A stretch of DNA of 64,000 nucleotides from Sphagnum compactum (Eukaryota), in the NCBI GenBank assembly GCA_965153455.1, contig OZ234493.1, forward strand, positions 6,934,213 to 6,998,212, read 5' to 3'. Positions 26,051 through 38,262 of this stretch are shown piece by piece (position 1 is the stretch's first letter; every line of letters starts with the position of its first letter). The translations under genes were made by a program, and so were the position numbers. Below the pieces are notes generated by a model. The model ran no database searches, was not told where the DNA came from, and was given only the letters and a program-made list of their open reading frames with translations.

Positions 26051-27784
26051 GAGATAGAGACTAAAGACGAGAGAGTTGAGAGAAAGAGAGTAGAGAAGGG
26101 ACGTGGCGCCATCATTGCAACTCCATCGCCAGTAGTTGCAAAAGCTTAGAGTGTTTAGAAATAGGGGCATCAATCATAAAGAGAGGGAACGTCAGTTGTA
26201 TAAACCTACAAACACAAATCAAAGACAAACACTACCTTGATAGGATCAAGCTCAGAGGAGCCTAAAGAAGCAATGTGATTGGGAGTCAGATGCTTGGTGG
26301 GGGCAACGAAAAACTTGTGCCCACAAAAAGTTTGAGAGAGTTGAAAAAAGAGATGCAGTGTGACAAATAGTCGGATGCTTGGTGGGGGTGATAGAGAACC
26401 CGTGCCCACAAACATTTGGGAAGGGGCGATGAATTTGGTGAACGGGAATATGTTTACCCATATTCGTCAATCTCTAAGCCTATTGCATGTGATTTGAGCC
26501 CTATGATCAAACCAAAAAGCTTGCTTTGAGGAAATTTTCCATTCAAATTTTCATTCAGTTTGATAGCTGGGTAGATAGCATTCGTTGGTGCCCAAGTTAG
26601 TGTTTGGTTTTGGGAGACTAAACACTCGTTCTTAACCCAGGTCACTCGTTCTTACACTAATCCATTTGGGCGGTTCTTAGTTCTTACCCCTATTCCAGGG
26701 GGGGGGGGACCGTATGATCACCCAAATTCATTTTTGGGCGGTTCTTGCTCCATATTTTCATTGGGACTCGCTGTTATGTTAGTTACTTCAATATGTTAGT
26801 TACTTCAAATAGTTGTCACTCCGACACCGGTCTTTTGGGGGCCCCATATTTTCTCCCCCCATAGAATTTTTTGGGACAAGTCTTGTTTTTTCAAGTGTAA
26901 TTTTCGACTAAATTTGCTGGTTTTGGGTATTAATTGGTAATCTTTTTATCCCAAATTATTGTAATCCCCTTGTCACTTACCTCCCCCATCTCCCCATCCA
27001 TTGCATGCTTAACCTTATAAGCAGTGCTCTAGACCCACACAGAGACACCTTGGCCCTGAATATCAAAAATATCTACAGTGCCACCCTTTTGTATTGTGGA
27101 GAGAACAAGCTTCTCTAATCCAAGTTGCAAAAACTCCTCCTTTCTTTGTTCAACTAGTATAAATAGTAGTGAATTTTCTACCTCCAGCTTCAAACAAACT
27201 GAACTTTAACTCCAATTAATGATGCTTGGTTTCCTATAAGGCTTCCAATTAGATATATTAAAGCATCCTGCTAAATTTGTTAAATACTTGCATAACAGAT
27301 GAATCTGGGCATGCTGCATATGCAAGATGATGTCAAAAGAGGATCCATCACAACCATTTTTTGTGCTTATATTCCAAGTTGTTGGAGGCCCATGATTTGC
27401 ACATTGAATCGGGTCCTTATCCACATTACCTAATGCCAACCCTGCCCCCTTCACCTCAACATCAATGGCTGCCACCTTAACCTCCCAATGCTCATTAGGT
27501 TACGCAAAATTTGATGTGTATGCAGATGCTTCGGGAATCACCACACTAGCCACAATATTTCCTGAATCAAATAATTGTACAACACAACCCTGCAATTGAA
27601 CATGTAGTTTTAATGCACCACATCATGACTATCTCTTGAACATAATTGGCTTTAACCGCAACTCAGCAAGCATACTTGCAAAGTTACTATGTATTTGTTG
27701 ACCACCTCTTTGTACTTCAATAAAGGGTTTAGGGTTTAGGGTTTAAAGTTTAGGGTTACATGTGTGTCCCACCAAAATTGGGTT

Positions 27785-28190
27785 TTGAGGTGACCTACCC
27801 CCCCATTTTCAAAGGTTGTGAGTTTAATGGTGTAATAAAATTTCCCTAATCTATCACCATTTGAAAGATATGGGGGTATGAAATTTTAGGGGGGCTAGAT
27901 AGATGAGGGCATGAAAGGTTAATTATTAAAGAATTTGAAAGTTTCAAGGTGACATACCCCCCATTTTCAACTGTTCTAAAGCTAATGGTGGAGCTATTTT
28001 GACCGAAAAATGTAGGGTTTACAACATATGGAAGATTTGGGATTTTTGGGTTACATGCGCATTTTGACCTAATTTTGATTTTTTTTAGGGATTTACAAGT
28101 GACCTACCCCCCCATTTTGAAATATTTTGAATCCAATGGTGTAAGAAAAATTCCTTAATCTATCACATTTGGAAGATATGGGGGGTTTGA
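27785..28190 (+). repeat. Degenerate direct repeats next to a telomere-like tract (probable TE subterminal region)
   Basis: gtgac(c/a)taccccccattttc..aatggt at ~27790, ~27949, ~28099; aatctatcac..tttgaagatatggggg occurs twice. Confidence 0.65.
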
Positions 28191-30206
28191 CTTTCTAATC
28201 CTTGGTTGACTTTTCATGTGTTATCACATAATTTGAAAGTTTGGATAGTGTAATCCCTATACATATGATCTGGGCATTACGCCCATAAGGTCACACGTTG
28301 GAGGTTGTTTGACCACCAAAAACCCAGTTTAATGCCAGGTTGTTTTAGTGTAATGCCAAGCTTTTTTTTAAAAATCAATGACTTGTGAGTTCATTTTTAA
28401 ATGATTTCATAGAACATTTCTTTCGTGTTTTAACTGTTGTTGTTGGTTTCAAATGAACCAGTGTTGTTAGAGCAATAATACCATAGGACCTTGGCAACTT
28501 TGACAGCAATTAATTATATTGTTTGTAAAAATGTTGAAATTTTCAAAAAAGTTTGACATTTTTTAGAAAAAGTTTGAAAAAAATTTTTTAAAAAAATTGT
28601 GAAAGAAAATAATGAATTTATAAAATATTTTAGTTTGCATGTTGAGCCTTCCCATTGGCTGCATGAAATCTCTCTTTCCAAAATTATTCGTCACCATTTT
28701 TGGCCTGGGCTAATAGCTGGGTCAGTGATTTGGGGACAGTGTGAAACTGGGACTTGGATCTAGACAAAGCTACTCTCCTCTTTTGAAGAGGTTCTGTAAG
28801 GCACTGCCTGGAATTTTCCTTTGTATTTTCAGCTTCCTTACCTGCCTGAAGAAAGCTGTTCTTAGCAAGCGGGATCTTATGCGGTAGAAGGTACCAGCCA
28901 GCCAGGCTGTACTGGGATCTTCTGTCCAGCGGAAGGTACCAGCCACCCTATCACTATTTCTAAAAAGTGAAAAAATCCTAGTTCTGCTTTACGTAGGAAA
29001 AGGACTTGAGTACATGCCCTTCTCCTATACTTAGTTAGTTAGGTGTAATCTTTTTTTTTAAATGTCAGATTAAGGCCTTGCTTTTTAGGCAAGTTATCAA
29101 TTTCAATTCTATTTAGTTGCACTTGCTTACTAACCTCAAATCTATTATCTAGGCTCTATGCATTAGTTGGACATAGAACATAATTCTTAGATTTAGTAGC
29201 ATTTAAGGATGACCCAACCTGACTGGTCTTAAACTGGACTAGGCTCCAAATGCTTTGAGAAATCTTAGCACCACTTAAGATTCTAGAAAACCAAAAAATT
29301 GTTTTTAGAACCACACAAGACGTTAAACAGAAAAGAAGAAGAAAAAACTAGAATCAACTCAAGAATCACACAACCAGGGTTTTATTATTATTATTATTTT
29401 ATTTAATAATTTATTTTTGATGTAATTGAAGTGATGATCATCCATAAGACAGCTTAGCCAAATTTGAGCAATAAATAACCTATGAAAGGAAAAAAGTTTA
29501 AGCACCCACCATATTTCTTGCTACATGCTAAAACCCAATAAAGAAATTTGTTGATCCCCCGCCCCCCCAATGTCAAAATTTGGCAACCTACTAGGAAACG
29601 TAAAACACACATAATTTGCGCCATTTTGAAAAATAAAGGGACAACTGACTAAATTTAGCCAGAAAAAAACATGGAAATGGAACTTTGAACTTGCCATAAA
29701 TAGGCAGAGAGCCATTACGCGATGAACCGCTTGCTTTTGTCCCCTCAGAAAAAATAAGCGAATGGCCGGTCGTGTGTAGGAATAGGCAGTGGGTCGCAGG
29801 TGACACTTACCGCCCTACCTAAAATTAAGCTTAACTCCAGTTACCGTCCTCAAGTATAGAGAGAGAAAGACGACAGGTAGGTAGCAGTGTTTTAACAAAA
29901 CAAATTGGCTAATTTGCGCCAAATATCGACCTGGAAAAAATATGATTTCGACATGTACAAGTTGATTTGGCTAAACTATTTTTTGATAATCGCCGCCTTG
30001 GCTATATCACAAATCCTTTTTAAGAACACTGGTAGTACTAGGACTAGGGAGGTAGGTGGGTAGGTAGGTACTCGGTACGTGTGAGGTCGCCACAGCTCCT
30101 CTTGTTGCCGCATTGCTTTGGATGCAAGCTTGCCAGGGAGAGCCAGCGTGCTTGCTTGCTTGCTTGAGTGTGCGCGCTTGCTCGCTGGCTTGCGCTACCC
30201 GTGGGT

Positions 30207-30238
<32 letters not shown>

Positions 30239-30743
30239 CTTCTTGATAGCAATTTGCAGAAGAGATTGTGGCGATAGAAAATTTGGAATTCAGGGATTTT
30301 TCTTTTTTAGGTTGCGTCATGCCCTTTTTTTTTTCCCCCTGTGCCTGATCATCATCTGTCGCACACAGTTCCTTCCCGTTGCACTGAACTTTTTGTTGTT
30401 GATTGAGGGAATTTCTAGTTTGGATGTTTGGTAATCGTGTAAGAGCTTTTATACCTACATGGTTTTGCAACTGTACACTTGTTATACGTCACGGGTTTGC
30501 TTCGGCTTTGTGGTGCAAGCCGCTGGAGAGAAGAAGAGAAGCTGCTGCATCGGGAGGAGTTTGGCTCACAGGAGTTTGTTGCAACAGCAGCAGCAGAAGA
30601 AGCAGCAAAGTGGATTGCAATCATGGAGGAAAGGTTTTCTTCTTTCGAGTTTGGAAGAGCGAAGTCATCATCGGCATCATCAGCAGCAGCAGTGGCTACC
30701 GCTAGCGGCGGTTCAGTGTGCGCCGTCGCCACCTCGGGCCAAT

Positions 30744-31857
30744 ATGATGATGTCGGACGCCGTGGTGAATGGATTAGCGGGTGCGTGTGGCGGCATTGTT
30801 GCCCAGCTCTTGACTTACCCTCTTCAGGCTGTCAATACACGACAGCACATAGAACGGAAGACAAGGGACAATGGAGACCTTGGAGTAGGAGACCCTAATA
30901 TATTAGGGTTTTCATCCAAGAGTAAACCAACAAGGGGAGGAGGGGGGGGGGGGGACCTTAGAAGAGATATGCGAGGTTATCAAACAAGAGGGTTGGGAAG
31001 GATTGTATAGGGGTCTGGGGCCGTCCTTAGTTGGGACTGCTTGCTCCCAGGGTGTCTACTATTTCTTTTACCATACTTTCAAGAATGAAGCAGAGATTCG
31101 AGCACAAAGGAACAAGAAGCTAGGGAGAGGAGATGGCTCAGTGAGTATGTTGACATCCCTTCTCATAGCAGCACTGGCAGGATGTGCCAACGTGTTGCTA
31201 ACAAACCCTATATGGGTGGTGGTCACTCGGATGCAGTTGAGCAAGAGGACTGCAGCAATGCTTGCTGCAGCTAGTCTGAGTACCATAGGCAGCAGCAGCA
31301 GTATTTCTTCAACTCCAGATGCTGCACTGGCTATTGTTTCTCAGCATGGAGTTCTAGAGACAGTTAAAGACTTGTACAATGAAGCAGGTCTGCTTGGTCT
31401 GTGGAAAGGTGTGTTACCCACTCTGATCATGGTTAGCAACCCTTCGATACAGTTCATGATTTATGAGAGCCTGCTGAAAAGACTAACAGCAAAGTGCACT
31501 GCGAATGAACAAGGCTTGAAACATGTGTCTGCTATCCAGGTGTTCTTGCTTGGAGCTATTGCAAAGCTTGGGGCAACTGTCCTTACATATCCGCTACTGG
31601 TTGTTAAGTCTCGACTTCAAGCAAAGCAGACAATGGGGTTAGACAATTCTTTGTATTATTTAGGCACAGTGGATGCTGTGATGAAGATTTTGCACTATGA
31701 GGGGGTGGCAGGATTTTACAAAGGCATGGGCACTAAGATTGTACAGAGTGTTGTGGCAGCAGCAGTTCTCTTTATGATCAAAGAGGAACTTGTAAAAGCT
31801 GCCAGAGCTATTCTAGCAAAAGGGATAAAGCTTCCTAAGGCTGCTGTAACTACATGA
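30744..31857 (+). CDS. PXN: Peroxisomal NAD/CoA carrier (mitochondrial carrier family), intronless, with a +1 frameshift in a G13 run at 30942-30954
   Basis: MSDAVVNGLAGACGGIVAQLLTYPLQAVNTRQ, then after the shift TLEEICEVIKQEGWEGLYRGLGPSLVGTACSQGVYYFFY, TNPIWVVVTRMQ, VSNPSIQFMIYE, TYPLLVVKSRLQ, GFYKGMGTKIVQSV; three carrier repeats. Confidence 0.88.
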
Positions 31858-33662
31858 AAACTGTCTCCTAATCTGATCTGCTCCTATGATTTTGAGAGGA
31901 CAATTCTTGAGGAGCTCATACCCAAAGATCCAACACTCAGTTCTGACATTTACTGATTCAGCAACAAGGAGAAATCTGTCTAGGTGAATTGGGCCAGCAT
32001 AGATAGGAATTGGACATGCAGGATCAGTGATGTCATTATAGTAGGGCAAAGCTGCACTCAAACACATTTCTATACATTTGTCCTGCTCAACTTGCAGGAC
32101 TGATTTAGTGAATCCATTGCCTACCATTTTCGAGGTGTAGAATTCTGAACAAATCTGTAGGTAGGTAGTTTTTGTTGCAGAGTAGAGAATCAAGTGGTTG
32201 TATCAGGAGACTGGGCATGTCAAGTAGTAGACCCCACAGGAGACCAGCTCTGGACAAGCATGTGGTATATTCATGCTTGTGTGAAGCTCATTCACAGACA
32301 TTTTACATACTGGGTTTGGTGACCAGTGATGTAGTTGGCTGCAATTCTTTGGAAACTCTCTCTTGTAACTCCATTTCTTGGCATTATTGGCATCAATTGG
32401 GCCACAAATGGATGCACAAGATCCTGCCATGGTTCAAAATATCTTGAAACTTGCCAGCTTTGCAGCTGGTAGGTTGCTATTTTGTGTTTCTGTGTGCTTG
32501 GCTTTGTATATCTCATTACTTTCTCAAAATGTTTGCTGAAAGAACTTTCAACTCTGCTGTTCATAATGCACTCTTGAGCAAGAGTCATCTCAAGCACCTT
32601 GGCTGAAAATAATCTGCAAAATATTGGAAAATGAAGCACTAAGAATAGCTAGCTAAGTTGGAGTAGTGGAGATATTGTAGGAGTGGAGATGCATGTGCAG
32701 GAAGCTGAATGGAGGAATGGTGATGAAGACTTAGAAATGGGGATTGGTTTCTGGTAGAGATGACCCTGTGTGAAGACAGAAAGGTACACTTATGCACCTT
32801 CAGTCCCTGGCTTACTACAGCACTCATCTTGATGAGGCAGAAGAAGAGAAGGTGGAAAGATACAAAAGTGATCATTTTCTGGAGAACAGGAGAATGTGAA
32901 TGCAATCGGCATTGAGGACCAAAACTACATGGCAATAGGGATGAGGGATAGGGTCTTCCTTCAGCTCAGGTTTTTCAGAGTTCAAAGTGAAAGTGACAGA
33001 AAGGAAGAGTAGTACTTGCAAAATTCTAAAGGAACCTAGCAAAATGAACAACCTTGATATGACTCAAAGGTGTAGGGGCCTATGCAGTTGCTTAATTTGG
33101 TAAAGACTACCCTTGAAAGCCTGATAAAATTCAGTAGCATGAGACTTTTCAGTTTCCAGAAGCTTGAAAATAAGCCATCTTATACACCACAATGTTCACT
33201 TTGTTTCTACTTTTTCAAATACTGAGACTATCCACATATCTCTAGTGGTGGCTACTGAGTTTTTCATGGCCTTACAGCATGGATTTGGATGGACTGACTA
33301 TGCCAAAGATGTGCCAAACATTATGTTCCTGCACTTCCAGCCACACTTAAATCCAGAAGCTTGTAAGAACAGCCATTCCTACAAGTTGTGTGTTGATTAC
33401 ATATGCAGGTGACCATCAATCTTATTCAGGAGCTAGCTTCTAAGCTCTGAAGTTGGACAGGTGACACATTTCTGAAGCATATGTCAGGCTCCACCAAAAT
33501 TGGATGGTTCAATTGAGCAGAGGAGCAGAGCCGTCCAGATGCTGAACAGAACAGACTTCTCTAATGAACCAGAACTGTTGTTACCTATTGCTTGACATTT
33601 CAAATGACCTAACAACAGATTCAGATCCTCATTTGACATCCATTGCAATAATAAGCTTAATC

Positions 33663-33863
33663 CTCTAGAAGCACTCAGCATCAGACCATATGTTCTGATT
33701 GAGTATACAAAGAATTTGGGAACCAAAAGAAGAAGGAAAAAGGATGTAAGAAGCAGAATATCCTCCTCTAGAAGCACTCAGCATTGGACCATATGTTTTG
33801 ATTGAGTATCCAAAGACTTTGGGAAGCAAAAGAAGAAGAAAAAACATGTAAGAAGCAGGATAT
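33663..33863. repeat. Tandem duplication, ~103 bp x2
   Basis: ctctagaagcactcagcat..gaccatatgtt.tgattgagtat..aagaagcag.atatc at 33663 and 33766. Confidence 0.85.
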
Positions 33864-34148
33864 CGTATGTAAAACACGTGCAAAAGACATGTAAAAAACA
33901 GTACACACTGAAATTCACATGATAAGAAGAAAGACAAGCTTCATCTCCACCAGAGGAATGAAGACTTTCAGACACACTGCGTGATATTTCAAACGCCTCT
34001 TATACACAGTTCCATGACCTAGACATGTCCGAACCACTATAGAATAAAATGCTTATCTCTATTCCGCAGTCTTCTTCATGAGGCCTGAAGTCCTCTTCCC
34101 CCACTCTTCGAAATAGGATCCGTCGTCTACAGAAGACGAGAATCATCA

Positions 34149-34319
34149 TCAAACAGGGCTGAGCAACTGCGATATGTGCGGCTTCGGCTCCGTGTTCATG
34201 CCGATGATGATGATGAGAGGGATGAAGCCGTAATGCGTGAAAGTCTTTGCCTTCTTGAGGAACCATGTGGGCCATTGCTTAAGGCTCTTCTTCATCCCGA
34301 CTCCCTCCAACTTCGCCAT
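34149..34319 (-). CDS. TOM7: Mitochondrial import receptor subunit TOM7 (56 aa)
   Basis: [56 protein letters not shown] matches the plant Tom7 motif [17 protein letters not shown]...QLLSPV. Confidence 0.93.
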   Translation of the reverse strand: MAKLEGVGMKKSLKQWPTWFLKKAKTFTHYGFIPLIIIIGMNTEPKPHISQLLSPV

Positions 34320-34586
34320 GCAGGCTCTTCCCTTCCCTCCACCTCTGACCGGCCGCCGCCTCCTCCTCTTCCTCTCTTCCCCTCTCCTGATCCTCTTTCT
34401 TCTATGCGTCCACTGAACTCCCGCACAAACAAAACCTTGAAGAAACAGATCCTCGAAATCAATCAGATTTCCTCCGAATCGGTTGTGCACTTCAGGGTCA
34501 ATCTATTGAAAGCTCGATCTGATGAAGCGCTTTGCATTCGCCGGGTCCCTAAACCCCGCAAAGCTCCCTGATTGATGATTCCCGAA

Positions 34587-34630
34587 AAACCTAACCCTAA
34601 CCCTAACCCTAACCCTGACCATAACCCTAA
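34587..34630. repeat. (CCCTAA)n hexamer telomere-like/telobox tract between TOM7 and mtACP
   Basis: aaacctaaccctaaccctaaccctaaccctgaccataaccctaa. Confidence 0.8.
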
Positions 34631-34905
34631 TGCGCACACGCTCCTTCTGTGTCCCTCTTGTCTCCTCTGTTCGCAGACTCGTGCTTCCGATCCAGCTTTC
34701 GTCTTTCTACCTTTCCTCTTCTTTTTCCTGGTAGCCGTTTCTCTTGTGTTGTTGTGTTGTTTTGTTTCTTGTGCTGTGTGTCTGCTGTTTTTTCTGTTTG
34801 TTTCTTTTTGGCAAGGCAGACGGAAAAACTTAGCCGGAGGGACGGAGGGAGGGAGCAAGAGAGGAACTCTCTGAGAGTGAGAGAAAAGAGAAGACAACAA
34901 GAGAG

Positions 34906-36340
34906 ATGCAAGCCGTTAGATCTTCCGTGCTGCAGCATGTCCGTGTGGCTATTGCACCGTTACAGGGGAGGACGCGGCTTCGCCTCCCGGCTCTTCTTGG
35001 AGATGGTTGCTGGCGTTGGTTCGCTGTAGAAAGCCATGCTTCCGGCACTTACCTCGACAAGAATGTCGTTGCCGAGCGTGCCATTTCCGTGGTCAAGAAG
35101 ATGCAAAAAGTCGACGCTAGCAAGGTCTGTCTCAAACACCACTACTACAGGCAGACATGCAACGACTCCTTTGTATTTTCCTTGCTGCATCTTTCCTTGC
35201 GTCTTCTTCCATTTCTTTTTCTATTCTATCGTGCACATTCTTCAGCTTCATCTATCTGCCTTGGCTGCAAAGAATTACTTGGTAAGGCAAAGCAGCTATC
35301 ATCGTATGCTGAATCCAATGGCTTGTTTTCCTATTTCCTTTGCTGGCCTCTTCTACTTCATTTCCTCATGTCTTCTTCCATCTTTCTTTATTCTGTCAGT
35401 ACATATTCTTCAGCTTCATCTATCCGTCTTGGGTGCAAATCAAAATTGCTAGTAAGGCAAGCAGCTATCATCATATGCTGAAATGGTCACCACCAGCTCC
35501 AGATTCAATGATTTCACTAGCTAGACATAGTAAAAAGCAGTAGAAATCAATTGGCGGAAAACATTATTGTATGCTTCTATTAGATCTTGATGAAACCCTG
35601 AATGTCATCATCATGGTCATTGGCATTCTTCACCTTCTCTACAGAAGGAAAAATGGTGTTGCAAATGAGCACAATACATGCTTTGCCTTTCTGTATTGCA
35701 ATCATAGTAATTGGGCTTGACTTCCATGGGTTTCTGTGCTTGACCCTAAGTTCACACTATCACACAATCACATGTGATTCTTACGAGCGGTCATTGGAAC
35801 AAACAACTATCTTAAGATGGGTATTAAAAACTAGAACCCTAGATCTGGACCACTTCAATCCTGCACCCTCACTCCCTTCCAAGCTCAGAATCTGGAGTTG
35901 TTTTGCCTTGTTAGGAGTGGCCTGATGATGATCCAGCACTATAGGGGTTCAGGACGCATAGGGTGTAGAAGAAGTGGGTGGTTGATGCTGATCTTTTTTT
36001 CTTTCTCATTGACTTCTGCCTTTGATATTCGTACTTGACCTGCATGTGTACTGGATGTCGGAAATTTTTTCATTCGCTGGTTATGCTTAGGCTCTTGCAT
36101 AGTTGCATCTAACAACTCACTGAGCAAGGTTAATTCTTTTTCGCTGCTCTTGGGATTTTGCAGGTGACCCCATCAGCACACTTTCAAAACGATTTGGGGC
36201 TAGACAGTCTGGACACAGTGGAGATCGTAATGGCCTTTGAGGAGGAGTTTGGTATTGAGATCCCTGATGCTGAGGCTGACAAAATTACCTCATGTGCTCA
36301 AGCAATTGAGTACATTGCATCTCAACCTCGAGCAAAATAG
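34906..36340 (+). CDS. mtACP: Mitochondrial acyl carrier protein (complex I NDUFAB1-like); exons 34906-35124 and 36164-36340, 131 aa
   Basis: Arg-rich presequence [55 protein letters not shown] with the phosphopantetheine DSL motif; phase-0 GT-AG intron. Confidence 0.95.
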
Positions 36341-37892
36341 GTCATGGCACCCTTGTGTTTTGCACTCTAGATTTGAGGAGCTGTGGTTTCTCTATCAGAG
36401 TAAATTCTTGTTCACTTCTGCCTACTTGAGAGTAATTGCACAGGACAAGCTTATTAAGATGTATTCCTTTTTGGCCAACAAAATAAAATGTGAATCAGCA
36501 TGTGCTGTACAAAATTGTCACATTTCAGATGTCAAGGTTTAAAGGATGTATTTTTTATCCATCCCTGATTAACACTCAATTTGTAGGATGAGAGTGCCTC
36601 CTACAGTCAGACTTGTATCAACATCACATACATCTTTGGAGCAATTGAAAGAGCAAGTTCAAAGTTGGAAGTTTCTACAGGTGTAAGAGATCAGTTGAGC
36701 TTTGTTACATCATGAGAATGATTTGGTTTTGTCAGGTGGCTGACATGACTACTAAATGCCTGAGAGTGCCATTTACCATTTATTTACATTTCCTCAGATG
36801 GTGATGGGTCATTTTTGTCTGAATACTAACATTTTTGGGTCTCCATGTGATCAATCAGCGTGAAATTGTCACCAGATGTTCACAGCTTGCAATTTGGTTG
36901 GGAGAACTGTCAGTTTTCTCCTTTCAAATCTCTGATTGTTTCCTGTCACTGTCTACTGTTGGAATTATCATAATGGGAATCTAACTGCATAATGTAATGT
37001 GATCGATATTATCACATGTGGGTTAACAGGTGATCAGATGTCATCTTCTTTTTTTTGACTTTGTTCTTGGTGGTAATGATCTCCAGCTCTCTAACGTGTG
37101 TGTGTTACCCTATGCAAACTTTTTTCCTTGTGGGTATGTGTTCAAGGTTGTAGGGCATCATCATATGCCATTCATATGGATTTTTAGGGGCTGGTTTGAC
37201 GACAATAGTTGGCAAGGTTGCCACATGTACATTTGAAGAGGTTTCAGGTGCAATTGTGTAGTGAATTGGGGGCTGTCATTTTCTTGTGTAATATCTGTGA
37301 GAATGACATCCAACGACTGTAGATATTTGAGGAGAAAAGAATGCGATTCTGATTTTGTTCAAAATCCAAGTTGCCAACAGTTTGCAGGGACCATGGCTTG
37401 AAGCTGATGCATAATTTGACTTCAAATGTTCTTCAAAGAGAGGTTTTTTGCATTGAGAAAATTGAAATAACCAGTCCTTGATATCAACTGTGTACTGATG
37501 GCAAGATAGTTCTAGACAAGGCACCCACTCCGGATCTTTTTCATCCCATTTAACAACTAATTAGTTCCTCCAGTCACAGGTGTTGTCATACCAGCTTGAC
37601 AATGCAAATCAAGCAAGGTTAGAGTGGTTACTGGTTGCAGAGAGCACATGCCATGGGGACAAAATTGGAACTAACCTGCCAAGCTCCAGACAGCTGCAAG
37701 AGCTTGAGCATTCCTCTTACTCTCCCTTATTTGAGGTAATACCTGTGGCACCAGACTTCATGGTTTGACATCCCCCTATCTATTGGGAGGAAGTGTTTTA
37801 ACTTCAGTGCTCATACAGCATTAGTATACCCACCTAGTGCAATTTCAAACTTGGTTTCCATTTTATCTCCATTGTCTACCCTTGTGGACTAA

Positions 37893-38262
37893 GAGCATCT
37901 CGAGCAGTGCTGAGTATGTGCCACTGGCAAAAATATTTCTCAGATCTAAGTTTAGTTATTTTACTTTTTTCCAACCCCACTCATAGAACTAAAACTGGGG
38001 CTGCAAATAGGTGGGAGACTACTAACAGCAAAGCACCTGGACCAATCATCATGATTGACCAATCAGAAACAGGGAGCAGCAGTCATATCACATTATTATT
38101 ATACTCTTCTCTGGCAGGTGTAAGGCTTTGCTGTGCCTTTCACCAACCTAGGGAAACTAAATGCTAGGCCAAAACCATTTTGCTAAGCCAAACAGGCATG
38201 TTTTCACTTTTCTTCATCCAATTTGAATGTGCAGGGTCACATACTGAGCACCTGGGTATTCT
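37893..38262 (-). mobile_element. Tourist-like MITE, diverged inverted copy of the 423-794 family
   Basis: TAA|gagcatctcgagcagtgctgagtatgtg ... cacatactgagcacctgg; internal ggaccaatcatcatgattgaccaatcag and gtgcctttcacca are reverse complements of copy 1. Confidence 0.75.

Noticed and set aside
34176..35048. Several overlapping 100-145 aa ORFs between TOM7 and mtACP
   Set aside because: Shadow ORFs of GC-rich UTRs and simple repeats (PNPNPN comes from CCCTAA).
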